Made by a program: the position numbers and the translations under genes
The notes under the pieces: generated by a model
Database searches by the model: none
What the model saw: the letters and a program-made list of their open reading frames with translations, nothing else
Told to the model about the DNA's origin: nothing
Shown: in pieces, positions 29,376-38,347 of the stretch
Position numbering within the stretch: the stretch's first letter is position 1
Layout: every line of letters starts with the position of its first letter
NCBI GenBank assembly: GCA_030612175.1
Contig: JAUWOJ010000002.1
Location: 1 to 42,404 of the forward strand
DNA length: 42,404 nt
Reading direction: 5' to 3'
Source: Candidatus Bipolaricaulota bacterium
GTDB lineage: Bacteria; Bipolaricaulota; Bipolaricaulia; UBA7950; UBA9294

Positions 29376-30618
29376 CTCCTATCCGTAAAAGGTCTCCTTC
29401 AGTAATACCGCAACGTACCAGTTCACGCACAACCCCCATCTTCTCGAGGCGACCGCCTAGGTATTCCCACGCGTCCTCGCTATCAAGCACAAGTTTCTGG
29501 ACCAGCTGTTCAACGGCCTCTCCTCTTAGGATGAAAACGTCACCTTCACGCCTCACAGAGAAGCTCGCTTTATCGGAATATCGATAAACACGCCATGGTA
29601 CCGCAGTCTTGGCCTTGTGCATTGTCGTTTCCTGCAAGAGGTGATGAATCTTCGTTATCAACTGAGGAATTCCTCTTCCTGTAATAACAGATGTCGGCAG
29701 CAACTGAATACCATTCTTAGCAAATCGAGCCACTAGCGTCTCTAGCGCATTGTCCTCAACCAGATCAATCTTGTTCCCTACAACAAGCTGTCGACGTTCA
29801 GCCAAACGGGGGTTAAAGGCGGCAAGTTCTTTGTTAATCTCTTCGTAAGCCTGAAGTGGATCCTGTTCTTGAGCTCTTGCCAGGTCTACCATGTGAACAA
29901 GCACCCGCGTCCGCTCAATGTGTTTCAAAAACCGATCCCCAAGACCTTTACCAGCATGCGCTCCCTCGACTAAGCCTGGAACATCGACTATTACAAACTG
30001 ATGTATGTGATCCACATTGACCACGCCTATGTTGGGGATAGTGGTGGTAAATGGGTAATCAGCTACCTTTGCTTGCTTTCCCGAAATAAGCGAGATAAGG
30101 CTTGATTTTCCAGCATTAGGTCGGCCAATTATTCCTGCGTCCGCGAGAATCTTCAATTCAAGACGTAGGACATTACTCTGGGGCTTTGCTCCGCGTTCAC
30201 AGATGCGCGGTGCCTGCCGAGCAGAAGTGGTAAAGCTTTTGTTGCCCCTTCCACCTTCTCCGCCACGCGCGACTACTACTTCGTCCCCCGCGGACGAGAG
30301 ATCCGTAATCTGCCTGCCACTACTTCGATCGAAGACCAGTGTTCCTATAGGAACAGAGATAATAGTATCCTTGCCCTGCGCACCTTTCTTATTATTGTTG
30401 CCCCCATTGCTTCCAGGCTTGCCGCGAAATATAGTGTCACTCTGAAACCGATACAAAGTAGAGATACCTGCTTCGGCGCGCAATATTACGGCTCCACCGC
30501 TTCCACCACTTCCTCCGCCTGCGCCCCCTCTTCTGCGGTAACGATTAGACGAAAAACTTATTATGCCATTGCCTCCACGCCCTCCATGCACATGTATGTC
30601 TGCTTGATCAATAAACAT
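29350..30618 (-). CDS. obg: GTPase Obg/CgtA
   Basis: MFIDQADIHVHGGRGGNG opens the Gly-rich Obg fold. G1 motif GRPNAGKSS and DVPGL are present, with a C-terminal OCT-like domain. ATG 30618 is chosen over the upstream TTG on the basis of the family N-terminus. Confidence 0.95.
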   Translation of the reverse strand: MFIDQADIHVHGGRGGNGIISFSSNRYRRRGGAGGGSGGSGGAVILRAEAGISTLYRFQSDTIFRGKPGSNGGNNNKKGAQGKDTIISVPIGTLVFDRSSGRQITDLSSAGDEVVVARGGEGGRGNKSFTTSARQAPRICERGAKPQSNVLRLELKILADAGIIGRPNAGKSSLISLISGKQAKVADYPFTTTIPNIGVVNVDHIHQFVIVDVPGLVEGAHAGKGLGDRFLKHIERTRVLVHMVDLARAQEQDPLQAYEEINKELAAFNPRLAERRQLVVGNKIDLVEDNALETLVARFAKNGIQLLPTSVITGRGIPQLITKIHHLLQETTMHKAKTAVPWRVYRYSDKASFSVRREGDVFILRGEAVEQLVQKLVLDSEDAWEYLGGRLEKMGVVRELVRCGITEGDLLRIGDVELEFRD

Positions 30619-30650
30619 GGAGACGCCACGAGGCAAACATGAGAAGAGAA

Positions 30651-30908
30651 CTAGTCCTTCTTGACTGGCAACACGCTAACGTATTTCTTGCTACGTCCCT
30701 CAAATTGGACATAGCCCGGAGAGGTGGCATAAATCGTGTAGTCTCGGCCTAGGCCAACGTTCCGCCCTAAGCCGTACTTGGTTCCATGTTGGCGAATGAT
30801 GATGCTTCCCGCGTTTACCCACTGGCCTCCGTATCGCTTCACTCCTAGACGTTGACCAGGGCTATCCTTAAAATTACTGGACGAACCAGTACTCGTTTTA
30901 TGTGCCAT
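30651..30908 (-). CDS. rpmA: 50S ribosomal protein L27 (no N-terminal extension)
   Basis: [28 protein letters not shown] aligns from residue 1 with the mature-type E. coli L27 N-terminus (MAHKKAGGSTRNGRDS..). Confidence 0.97.
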   Translation of the reverse strand: MAHKTSTGSSSNFKDSPGQRLGVKRYGGQWVNAGSIIIRQHGTKYGLGRNVGLGRDYTIYATSPGYVQFEGRSKKYVSVLPVKKD

Positions 30909-30920
30909 AGTACTCCTTAC

Positions 30921-31244
30921 CTATACACGTACTTTCGCCCCAGCCTCACGAACCACAAGATCATGGGGGTATTCTTTCTCTAACATCTTTAGCCCAATCA
31001 ACAGAGTCTCCATAATCGCATCTATTTCCCTGTCCAAATGGGGATCACTTCGGTCAATCGTCAGAACGAATTCCTTTCCCGCAGAGAAGGTTGGTCTAAT
31101 ATACAAATAACTACTCACCGAGGCAACCGTTGCCCGCAACAAGTGTACTGCACTTGCTGAAGCGGTTGTGTCTGTCTGCATTCCTTGTAGCGTGAAGCCA
31201 ACAAGTCTGCCATCTTCATCGCGTCGGACAAGGACTTCGCCCAC
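30921..31244 (-). CDS. Prp (ribosomal-processing cysteine protease / DUF464)-like protein, apparently lacking the catalytic dyad
   Basis: 107 aa in the conserved slot between rplU and rpmA. The C-terminal LIGLKMLEKEYPHDLVV resembles the Prp tail. GMQ and TASASAV occupy the positions of the family GHA and (D)IVCAAVS motifs. GTG start lies 5 nt after GGGGAG. Confidence 0.7.
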   Translation of the reverse strand: MGEVLVRRDEDGRLVGFTLQGMQTDTTASASAVHLLRATVASVSSYLYIRPTFSAGKEFVLTIDRSDPHLDREIDAIMETLLIGLKMLEKEYPHDLVVREAGAKVRV

Positions 31245-31254
31245 TTTATCTCCC

Positions 31255-31569
31255 CTACGGCTCTATCTTAGTGATTAGTGTTGTCATAAACGACTGACGG
31301 TGACCACGCTTGCGTCGATACCCCGTCTTGCTCTTATACTTATAGACAATTATCTTTTTCGACTTCGCTTGTGCTTGCACCTTACCTTTGACTACCGCAC
31401 CATCTAGGTAAGGCGTTCCTACATGGGTACCGCTGTCGTCAACGAGAAGAACAACCTTGTTGAATTCTACTGGCTTTCCGGAATCAAGGCCCTGAATCAG
31501 CTCGTGCTCCAAGAGCATTCCCTCTTCGACTCGATATTGTTTTCCACCTGTTTGAATTACGGCATACAT
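31255..31569 (-). CDS. rplU: 50S ribosomal protein L21
   Basis: MYAVIQTGGKQYRVEEG is the canonical L21 start. ATG 31569 lies 6 nt after GAGGTG. The upstream GTG in the track would fall inside the predicted promoter's transcribed leader. Confidence 0.96.
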   Translation of the reverse strand: MYAVIQTGGKQYRVEEGMLLEHELIQGLDSGKPVEFNKVVLLVDDSGTHVGTPYLDGAVVKGKVQAQAKSKKIIVYKYKSKTGYRRKRGHRQSFMTTLITKIEP

Positions 31570-31592
31570 TTCCAGCACCTCAAGTAACACAG

Positions 31593-31621
31593 ATTTTAGC
31601 AGGCTACTTCCTGTTTTTCAA
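31593..31621 (-). promoter_or_regulatory. promoter for the rplU cluster (TTGAAA-N17-TAAAAT)
   Basis: On the minus strand, TTGAAA is at 31621-31616 and TAAAAT at 31598-31593, about 24 nt upstream of the rplU ATG. Confidence 0.55.
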
Positions 31622-31782
31622 TGCACCCACCCAACTTACTATTTCTCATCACTAACCAACGCTAAGCGCTCTTACCGTTGGATCAAGAGATCGTCTTCCA
31701 GGTCTATCACAACTAGCGGAATCTACCCGTGAGACTGCTCGCACACTGAGATCAAGCGCCGATAGCCAGCTCAAGTGATATT

Positions 31783-33414
31783 CTAGTCCACTTTTTTTGG
31801 TGGTCTAGTGCGTTCTTCTATCTCATCTATGTCAATGGGAGGGATAAGGACGCGCTCCTTGGTGAGTGGCTTTTTGTCGGCTACACTTGTTATTGTTTCC
31901 CAAGACGGGCAAGAAATCCCCATAACTGCAAGAACGGAACCAGCAAATCGAGGAACAAAAGGTAGGAGCGTCACCGTCATTGCCTTCACGAGATGGAAGG
32001 CGCTTGTTACTGCACGCCGATCATCAGATGACCAAGGTTCCTTACGTTGAAAATACTCATTCCCGAAAATTGCCAAAGCACAGGTAGTACGCAAAGCGCG
32101 GCTCAGATTTCCTGCGCTCATTTCCGCTTCATACTCAGAAATGGCCGTTGCTATATGTTCAATAACTTCGGGGTCGAGATCATTAGAGGGGACTTCTCCT
32201 TTGTAGCGAGTTTGAATGAAGGAAAGCACGCGGTTAGCAAGATTGGCCACATTGGAGATAAAGATTCCATTGATAGCCTTTGCCAATTCCTGCCACGAAA
32301 AATTAACGTCACGTTCCTCTGGCCGATTGTGAAGCAGATAGAAGCGCCATAGCTCAGGGTCCATTACCTGAGCTGCTTGATCGCAGTAAAGCCCAACACC
32401 ACGACTCTTGGAAAACCTGCTTCCGTCAATCCAGTTCAAGTATTCTGTAGCGGCAATCTGATCCGGAAGATGATATCCCTTGCCAGAAGCAAGCAGTTGC
32501 CCCGGAAAAATCAGAGTATGAAACGGAATATTATCCTTGCCAATTGTATAGATCTGCCAAACATCATCGCCAAACCAAAACTCCTTCCACTTATCTTCTC
32601 CCCCGAAATGTTCGATCGTTGCTGAAACATAGCCTAGAGCAGCTTCACCCCATACATAGATAACCTTTCCTTCCGCTCCAGCAAAGGGGGCAGGAATTCC
32701 CCAGGAAATATCCCGGGTCATTGCCCTGGGCCGTAGACCTTCGTCCAACATCTGTTTCGTGAATCGGTAAACGTTCTTTCGAAACTCCTTTCCATTGATA
32801 TAACTGGTCAACAGAGGTGTCAGTTTTGGCAAATCAAGGTACCAATGCTGACTTGAGCGAAACTCGATGTTGCTCTGTTCACAAATGCTGCAGGCAGGAT
32901 TTATCAACTCTTCCGGTTCAAGAATTGCCCCACATGAGCCGCACTGATTTCCCATTGCTCTGTTCGCGCCACAACGGGGGCACATGCCGGTAATGAACCG
33001 ATCAGCCAGAAACACCTGACACCGACCACAGTAGGCTCTATTTTCCCGTGCACGAGTAATGTAGCCCTGCTGTTCCATTTGAAGATAGATGTTACGCACA
33101 AAGCGTTTGTGTGTTGGTGACTCTGTAGTGGTATAGATGTCAAACTCTATGCCAAATGCATCAAGTACGGAGAGTATCTCCTTGTGTTGCTGTAGAGATA
33201 GCTGAGCTGGAGATATACCGAGTCTCATCGCTTCGTACTCAATTCGTGCCCCATGCGCGTCCGTTCCTGATACGTAGAGAACCTCATGCCCGCGTAGTCG
33301 GTAATATCGAGCGAATACATCGCCTGAAAGCAGCGAAGAAACCAGGTTTCCCAGATGGGGAACCCCGGAGGCATATGGCCAGGCACTACAGACGAGCACC
33401 TTCTTCTTGTTCAC
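31783..33414 (-). CDS. metG: methionyl-tRNA synthetase (short form with zinc knuckles)
   Basis: PYASGVPHLGNL (HIGH region), RFSKSRG (KMSKS region), and CPRCG...CGSCG knuckles. GTG 33414 lies 7 nt after AGAGGA. The 32-codon extension in the track is unsupported. Confidence 0.95.
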   Translation of the reverse strand: MNKKKVLVCSAWPYASGVPHLGNLVSSLLSGDVFARYYRLRGHEVLYVSGTDAHGARIEYEAMRLGISPAQLSLQQHKEILSVLDAFGIEFDIYTTTESPTHKRFVRNIYLQMEQQGYITRARENRAYCGRCQVFLADRFITGMCPRCGANRAMGNQCGSCGAILEPEELINPACSICEQSNIEFRSSQHWYLDLPKLTPLLTSYINGKEFRKNVYRFTKQMLDEGLRPRAMTRDISWGIPAPFAGAEGKVIYVWGEAALGYVSATIEHFGGEDKWKEFWFGDDVWQIYTIGKDNIPFHTLIFPGQLLASGKGYHLPDQIAATEYLNWIDGSRFSKSRGVGLYCDQAAQVMDPELWRFYLLHNRPEERDVNFSWQELAKAINGIFISNVANLANRVLSFIQTRYKGEVPSNDLDPEVIEHIATAISEYEAEMSAGNLSRALRTTCALAIFGNEYFQRKEPWSSDDRRAVTSAFHLVKAMTVTLLPFVPRFAGSVLAVMGISCPSWETITSVADKKPLTKERVLIPPIDIDEIEERTRPPKKVD

Positions 33415-33565
33415 GTTAATATCCTCTTTATAGCCTATAGATAAGCCTGTATTATACTTAGCGGTGAATAGGACCGCCACTTGAAGGCCTGTTGACAAGA
33501 TCTGGCCCAAATGACCTGCATCGTTAAGCGCCTTCTCCTAGAGAGTTGATGGTTGCTTTGCGTGG

Positions 33566-36500
33566 CTAGAACTGTGCTGCGATGAAAAGACTAAACAATG
33601 CACTATGATAGAACTTGGTTGCGTGTGTTTCTCCCGCGATGTAAGAGACAGCAAGCGACGCACGCCAAGAATCGGAAAGCCTGTAGTCAACAATCCCGCC
33701 AAGGGTTAGGCTAAGATTGTTTCCAGTCGCAGCTCCAGTAATCTTGTAGCGTCCATCAAGACTAAGCCGCGCAGAAGCGTATTGGGAGATGGTGTAGGAA
33801 AAGGTGTTTAGCACAGAAGCGGTGATCTCGTCACTCTCATTGACCCTAAGCGCTAAGGAGAGATCATTGCGGTGGTTCTCTTGTGGCGGTGCCCACGAAA
33901 GCCGCCCAGTAAGAATATGATCCCCAGTGGAACGTGTTTCCTCCTTGTAAACAACAATGCTAACACCTCTGGTATAAGAGACACTCGGCCTGAGGTATGC
34001 AATGCCTGTATACCCGAGGCTTACGGCGAAGGTATCATCGTATTGTACCCGCCCTTGCGGAACTTGTAGCACTTTCTTCCGGTAGGCAACTTGAGCAAAG
34101 ACTGCATCTAGCTCTACGCGTACACTAGCTCGTCCATCCCAGGCGACAGTTCCTGCCTGTGTCTCAAATTCAAGGTTCAGTGTGGGTAGAAATCTCAGGC
34201 CAAGAAGTGCAAACTCGTTGAAGCCGAGGTCAATGGATGCGGTATGAATCATGACAAGACTCTCATTGGGCAGGAAGCGGCTAGCAGACAGCTCATACTT
34301 TCCGCTTACATTAGCCACCTCGCCAAGGCTGCGGGACAGGCTAATGGAGAGGTTTCTCTTCTCCCTTCTCTGTGCGCCGGTCGCATCAAAAATTAGTGGG
34401 TATTCCCAGTTTCCCGCGATCGAGAATCCAGAGAGTATCTGGTAGGTTCCCGTAAGGCTAAGCGCGCTGTCCCGTCGGTGATAATCTTGGGAGATAGCTG
34501 TCTCAAACGAATCATTCCAAGCTACGGCTAGTGAAAGAGTATCGTCAAAGAATTCGTCTTGCAGGCCAACGCTGTAAGAGAGAGTTGTGCTATCAGCTCC
34601 GATGTGCAGCCAATTATCATCCACCATTTCGCTTCTTAGGGAGAAGCTGAACAGGGGACCAAATTGCCATGCAAAGGACAGTTGGTTATCCATGATGTCT
34701 CTTTGCTCCTCACTTCTCTGGTCAATCATATGATAACCATGGGAAGCAAGGATACTGATCCCTTCTGTCAACGTGGCAGCTACTGAGACATTCCAACCGG
34801 TTACATCGCGGCGGCCTGGACGGCCTATGGACGAGAAACTTGGAGCGATACTCTCGAAGTCTCCAGAGATTCTGAATGTACCTACGTCGCGGTTGAAACT
34901 TGCTCTAGCGAACAACCCCTGGTATGTATGCTCGTCTGGCGAGATATCTCTGAATCTGGTCTTATCGCGCCCATCAATTCCCATTACGTAATTGGTGAAT
35001 GTTTCTAGCTCACTATTGGCCCGCCACACGTTCAATTGATAGCTAGAATCTGCGCGGCTTCCTATCCATAAATCCCCGTCTGCCGAGCTAGTCAGTGCAG
35101 TTATCGACCAATCATCGATGAACGGTTTCTGGTCCGAGACACGGTAAAGACCGTTATCAGTCGCGTACCATATATCTCCATTGACCATGGCGGTCGCTCG
35201 AACTGCCTTGCCAAATACAAGCCACCCGCAACCTATTCCGTTATGAAAGGAACGAAGTCCAATCTCTGAGCTAGCATACAGGAGTCCATCAATTAGCACT
35301 AGATTTCCAACTGCAATGTCACTCATCCCGTGAAGTTCAGTCAGCTCTTCTTTTGCTGTGTCAAAAGCGAATAAGCCGTGATCTGTGCCGATATACAGTG
35401 TGGTGTTATCTCCAGCAAGCGCGAGAATGCCACTCATTTCCGGAAATAGATCAAACGTGTACGTTTTCCAAGCCTCAGCGGTTTCGATTTCTTCTGGCTT
35501 GACTCGCGCTAAGCCACCCGTGGTTCCGATCCACAGGGTTTCGCCGACAAGCGTAAGGGCGCGGACTTCTGAACTTGGCAGGCCATCATTTTCATAGAAG
35601 CGCTGCCAGTTCTCGACGTGGTCCAGTGGGGATACTCCCTTCAAATGGAGTACTGTAAGACCTGAGTCGGTGCCAATATACACACTATTTCCGTCGCTTA
35701 CCATGCCGTGAACTCGATTTCCGGAAAGACCAGTTCCGGCAGTGTAGTTTCTCCAGAAACCGCTACTATATGCGCTGATCCCATTCAAGTTTCCAACAAG
35801 GACATATTGAGGAAGAACCAAGATCGTGGTTACCAGATTGGGAAGATTCAGCCGCAGATTGTCATCGAGTGGGAAAGAATTATTACTATATCCAAGCACA
35901 ACATTAGCACGAAAGCCATCCAAGTCAATTGTTCCGCTCACCCCCGAGATAGTGTGAGTGTTTGGCATAGTGTGGGCCTTTGCGGGGTCACTAAGCGGCA
36001 CAGGATTATCAGCAGCTTGCAGTAGGCTCAATTTTAAGTCTAGCGATTCAGTGACAGGAAGCTGAAGGCTAAGCCCGTAGAAGTTACGTGAATACTCGGC
36101 GCCGCTTCCCAGACCACCACGGAAACGTTCGTAGTCAATCTGGATCGTATCTTCCTCGCCTACTTCAAGGAACAATATCAGCACGCCAACTTCGTAGTCA
36201 ATAGAGTAATCCATGTCACGCTTGAGAAGTTCTCCATTTAGGTAGACCTTTTCGCTTCCTTGCACAATGGATAGCCCAAGAATGAACACATCCCCGGACA
36301 CGGCGTAGTCAAAGGAAACTCTTGCCGCGTTCTCCGCTTCCCGGAAGAACTGTTCAGGGAAGTCAAATTCGATGATTCCCTTACTAAGAAATGGGTATGC
36401 ATTATATTGGGGAAGATCGGCTTCAGTGATCGGCAGAAACGTCCCGCCATGTAAGCTTACTTCTACGACGATCGACCCCTCTTTCAGGTCAGTGTGGCCA

Positions 36501-37486
36501 AGATAATAGAAACGCTGTTGTTTTCCCGCCGGAAGCGGATATTTGCTTCCCTCAACTTCTAGGTAACAGAAAGACATGAGTTGATTGAGAAAGGCTTGTT
36601 CATAGTCGCTTCCAATAATGAATGGATAGCGCTTCTCTTCCGAATCACCAAGCTGTGTCTCCTCGTTGTATTGTCTGATGTACTCCTGTAACCACCTTCG
36701 CAACAGGATTTGCGGCTCGCTCTTGAAGATGAGGAAGTCTTGCTCTCTGCTAACAACAGAAAAACGTGTTCGGGAAAGGTCTTGAGATGGAGATTTACTG
36801 ATGTTCTCAAATAGATAGCCAAGCCCATAGGCGATAAGGTGGGAGTTCAGGGCTTGATTGGCCACCAAGTCAATGGTGGCGATGGAAAACCCTTCAATGA
36901 AAGGCTCTTCTAGCTCAAAATGGTACAGCCCCTGAAGGTTGAGCAAGTACGGCTGTCTAACCCATGGTTGTTCAGGAGAATACAAAGAGAAAGTCATCTC
37001 TTCGTGCGTTGTTCGGCCAACAAATATCTTTGATTCCGAGATCCCTTCAACCTGAGAGAGAATACCAGATAGTTGTGCTTTGCCGATCTGATAATCTAGG
37101 CGTATACCTCTGAGCTCCTTGTTGTAAGCAAGAAAAGTGTCCTCCTGGGCGATAGGAAAATCGCCAAATGTGCCCTGCAAATCGCCAGCGTCTAGGTCAA
37201 CTGTCAACGACTGCATGTTCATGGGTTTCTGATCGTCAAATTGAGCATTGATTGTAAGGAAGGAAAGTGCTTTCCCTGTAATGTTTACAGCGAGTGACTG
37301 ATCAAGATGCAGCTGATTTGGAGCCATGCCAGCCTGAGCTAATCCGTGCGAGGACCCGAAACCATAGCGTAGGTGCCAAGTCTTCTCTCCAGTGATGGTA
37401 GCCTCAAAGGTCTCCTCCTGTCCCTGAGATAGCAAGGAAACCCCGATTACAAGCAATGCAACGATCACCAAATAGCGCAGTTTCAC
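33566..37486 (-). CDS. 1306-aa outer-membrane protein: SprA-like N-region, Reg_prop-type beta-propeller repeats, C-terminal beta-barrel
   Basis: GTG start after AAGGAG. Signal peptide MKLRYLVIVALLVIGVSLLSQG. Six repeats of the type (V/L)(Y/W)IGT(D/T)xGL at about aa 555-815. The last ~450 aa show alternating hydrophobic strands and end in ...FIAAQF, a C-terminal Phe typical of outer-membrane barrels. Confidence 0.8.
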   Translation of the reverse strand: MKLRYLVIVALLVIGVSLLSQGQEETFEATITGEKTWHLRYGFGSSHGLAQAGMAPNQLHLDQSLAVNITGKALSFLTINAQFDDQKPMNMQSLTVDLDAGDLQGTFGDFPIAQEDTFLAYNKELRGIRLDYQIGKAQLSGILSQVEGISESKIFVGRTTHEEMTFSLYSPEQPWVRQPYLLNLQGLYHFELEEPFIEGFSIATIDLVANQALNSHLIAYGLGYLFENISKSPSQDLSRTRFSVVSREQDFLIFKSEPQILLRRWLQEYIRQYNEETQLGDSEEKRYPFIIGSDYEQAFLNQLMSFCYLEVEGSKYPLPAGKQQRFYYLGHTDLKEGSIVVEVSLHGGTFLPITEADLPQYNAYPFLSKGIIEFDFPEQFFREAENAARVSFDYAVSGDVFILGLSIVQGSEKVYLNGELLKRDMDYSIDYEVGVLILFLEVGEEDTIQIDYERFRGGLGSGAEYSRNFYGLSLQLPVTESLDLKLSLLQAADNPVPLSDPAKAHTMPNTHTISGVSGTIDLDGFRANVVLGYSNNSFPLDDNLRLNLPNLVTTILVLPQYVLVGNLNGISAYSSGFWRNYTAGTGLSGNRVHGMVSDGNSVYIGTDSGLTVLHLKGVSPLDHVENWQRFYENDGLPSSEVRALTLVGETLWIGTTGGLARVKPEEIETAEAWKTYTFDLFPEMSGILALAGDNTTLYIGTDHGLFAFDTAKEELTELHGMSDIAVGNLVLIDGLLYASSEIGLRSFHNGIGCGWLVFGKAVRATAMVNGDIWYATDNGLYRVSDQKPFIDDWSITALTSSADGDLWIGSRADSSYQLNVWRANSELETFTNYVMGIDGRDKTRFRDISPDEHTYQGLFARASFNRDVGTFRISGDFESIAPSFSSIGRPGRRDVTGWNVSVAATLTEGISILASHGYHMIDQRSEEQRDIMDNQLSFAWQFGPLFSFSLRSEMVDDNWLHIGADSTTLSYSVGLQDEFFDDTLSLAVAWNDSFETAISQDYHRRDSALSLTGTYQILSGFSIAGNWEYPLIFDATGAQRREKRNLSISLSRSLGEVANVSGKYELSASRFLPNESLVMIHTASIDLGFNEFALLGLRFLPTLNLEFETQAGTVAWDGRASVRVELDAVFAQVAYRKKVLQVPQGRVQYDDTFAVSLGYTGIAYLRPSVSYTRGVSIVVYKEETRSTGDHILTGRLSWAPPQENHRNDLSLALRVNESDEITASVLNTFSYTISQYASARLSLDGRYKITGAATGNNLSLTLGGIVDYRLSDSWRASLAVSYIAGETHATKFYHSALFSLFIAAQF

Positions 37487-37495
37487 TTTCTCCTT

Positions 37496-38347
37496 CTAGA
37501 ACCTGAATGTGAGAGACAGATAGTGACTATCAGGAAGATCTGCGTGCAAAACGTAAGCCCAATCGACTTGATAAGTTTCGAAACGCAGCGTTAAGCCAAT
37601 TGTGGACTGGCTGTTGGCATAGCCAATCCTCGCTGCAAAGTCTTCCATCCACACCTCAACGCCTCCTGTTATCTGCGGCTCGGCAGCGAGAATGTCTGCA
37701 ATACTCACTGCCAAGTTCCAATAGGCTGCAGGGAACGGCTGCATGGTCAAGGCAGCTCCAATGTTAACCCTGGTAGGCCAATGTTCATCATGACCGTTCT
37801 CAAAAGCAAGGTCTCCTGAAATAAGATTCTCTACGATAACACCAATTTTCACAGGATTGATCGTAATGAGGCAAGCGGGATCAATCGCCCAGCCTTGTCC
37901 GGACAAGGGCTGGGAAAGACGATAGATCTTTGCTCGCGCGCCTAGGGCGAAAACACCAGCTGCAACACCGACCGAGATGGTTGCCGCCTGGCTTACGTAA
38001 CGAAAAGCCCCTTCTTCAGTCGTGATCAATCCCGAATCTAGCTGCATCCCCACAATCCCGAAATGGGGAACAGCGATACCAACTGCTCCATAGCTGAAGA
38101 CTCCGAAGGGCCGCGAGAATAAGGAAGTGAATCGGATATCCTTGATAGCGCCTAAGCCTGCTGGGTTAGAAAATATGGCATTCTCATCATCCGACAGAGC
38201 GATAAGGGTATTACTCATTCCTATGGAACGTGTTCCTGTTGCCAATTGGAAGATAGCCGCAACGTTCGTAAAATCGTCTCCCCGCGCCATTACAGAGACA
38301 AGAAACAAGATGAGGAGTACCGCCCATAGCATGCGCCGCGAGATCAT
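37496..38347 (-). CDS. PorV/PorQ-family (FadL-like) outer-membrane beta-barrel protein, 283 aa
   Basis: Signal peptide MLWAVLLILFLVSVMARG. The N-terminal motif TGTRSIGMSNTLIALSDDENAIFSNPAGLG matches the G(A/T)RxxGMGGAxxAxxDDxxAxxxNPAGL pattern of PorV/PorQ-type barrels. It ends in ...LTFRF. ATGA overlap with the upstream subtilase stop. Confidence 0.7.
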   Translation of the reverse strand: MISRRMLWAVLLILFLVSVMARGDDFTNVAAIFQLATGTRSIGMSNTLIALSDDENAIFSNPAGLGAIKDIRFTSLFSRPFGVFSYGAVGIAVPHFGIVGMQLDSGLITTEEGAFRYVSQAATISVGVAAGVFALGARAKIYRLSQPLSGQGWAIDPACLITINPVKIGVIVENLISGDLAFENGHDEHWPTRVNIGAALTMQPFPAAYWNLAVSIADILAAEPQITGGVEVWMEDFAARIGYANSQSTIGLTLRFETYQVDWAYVLHADLPDSHYLSLTFRF

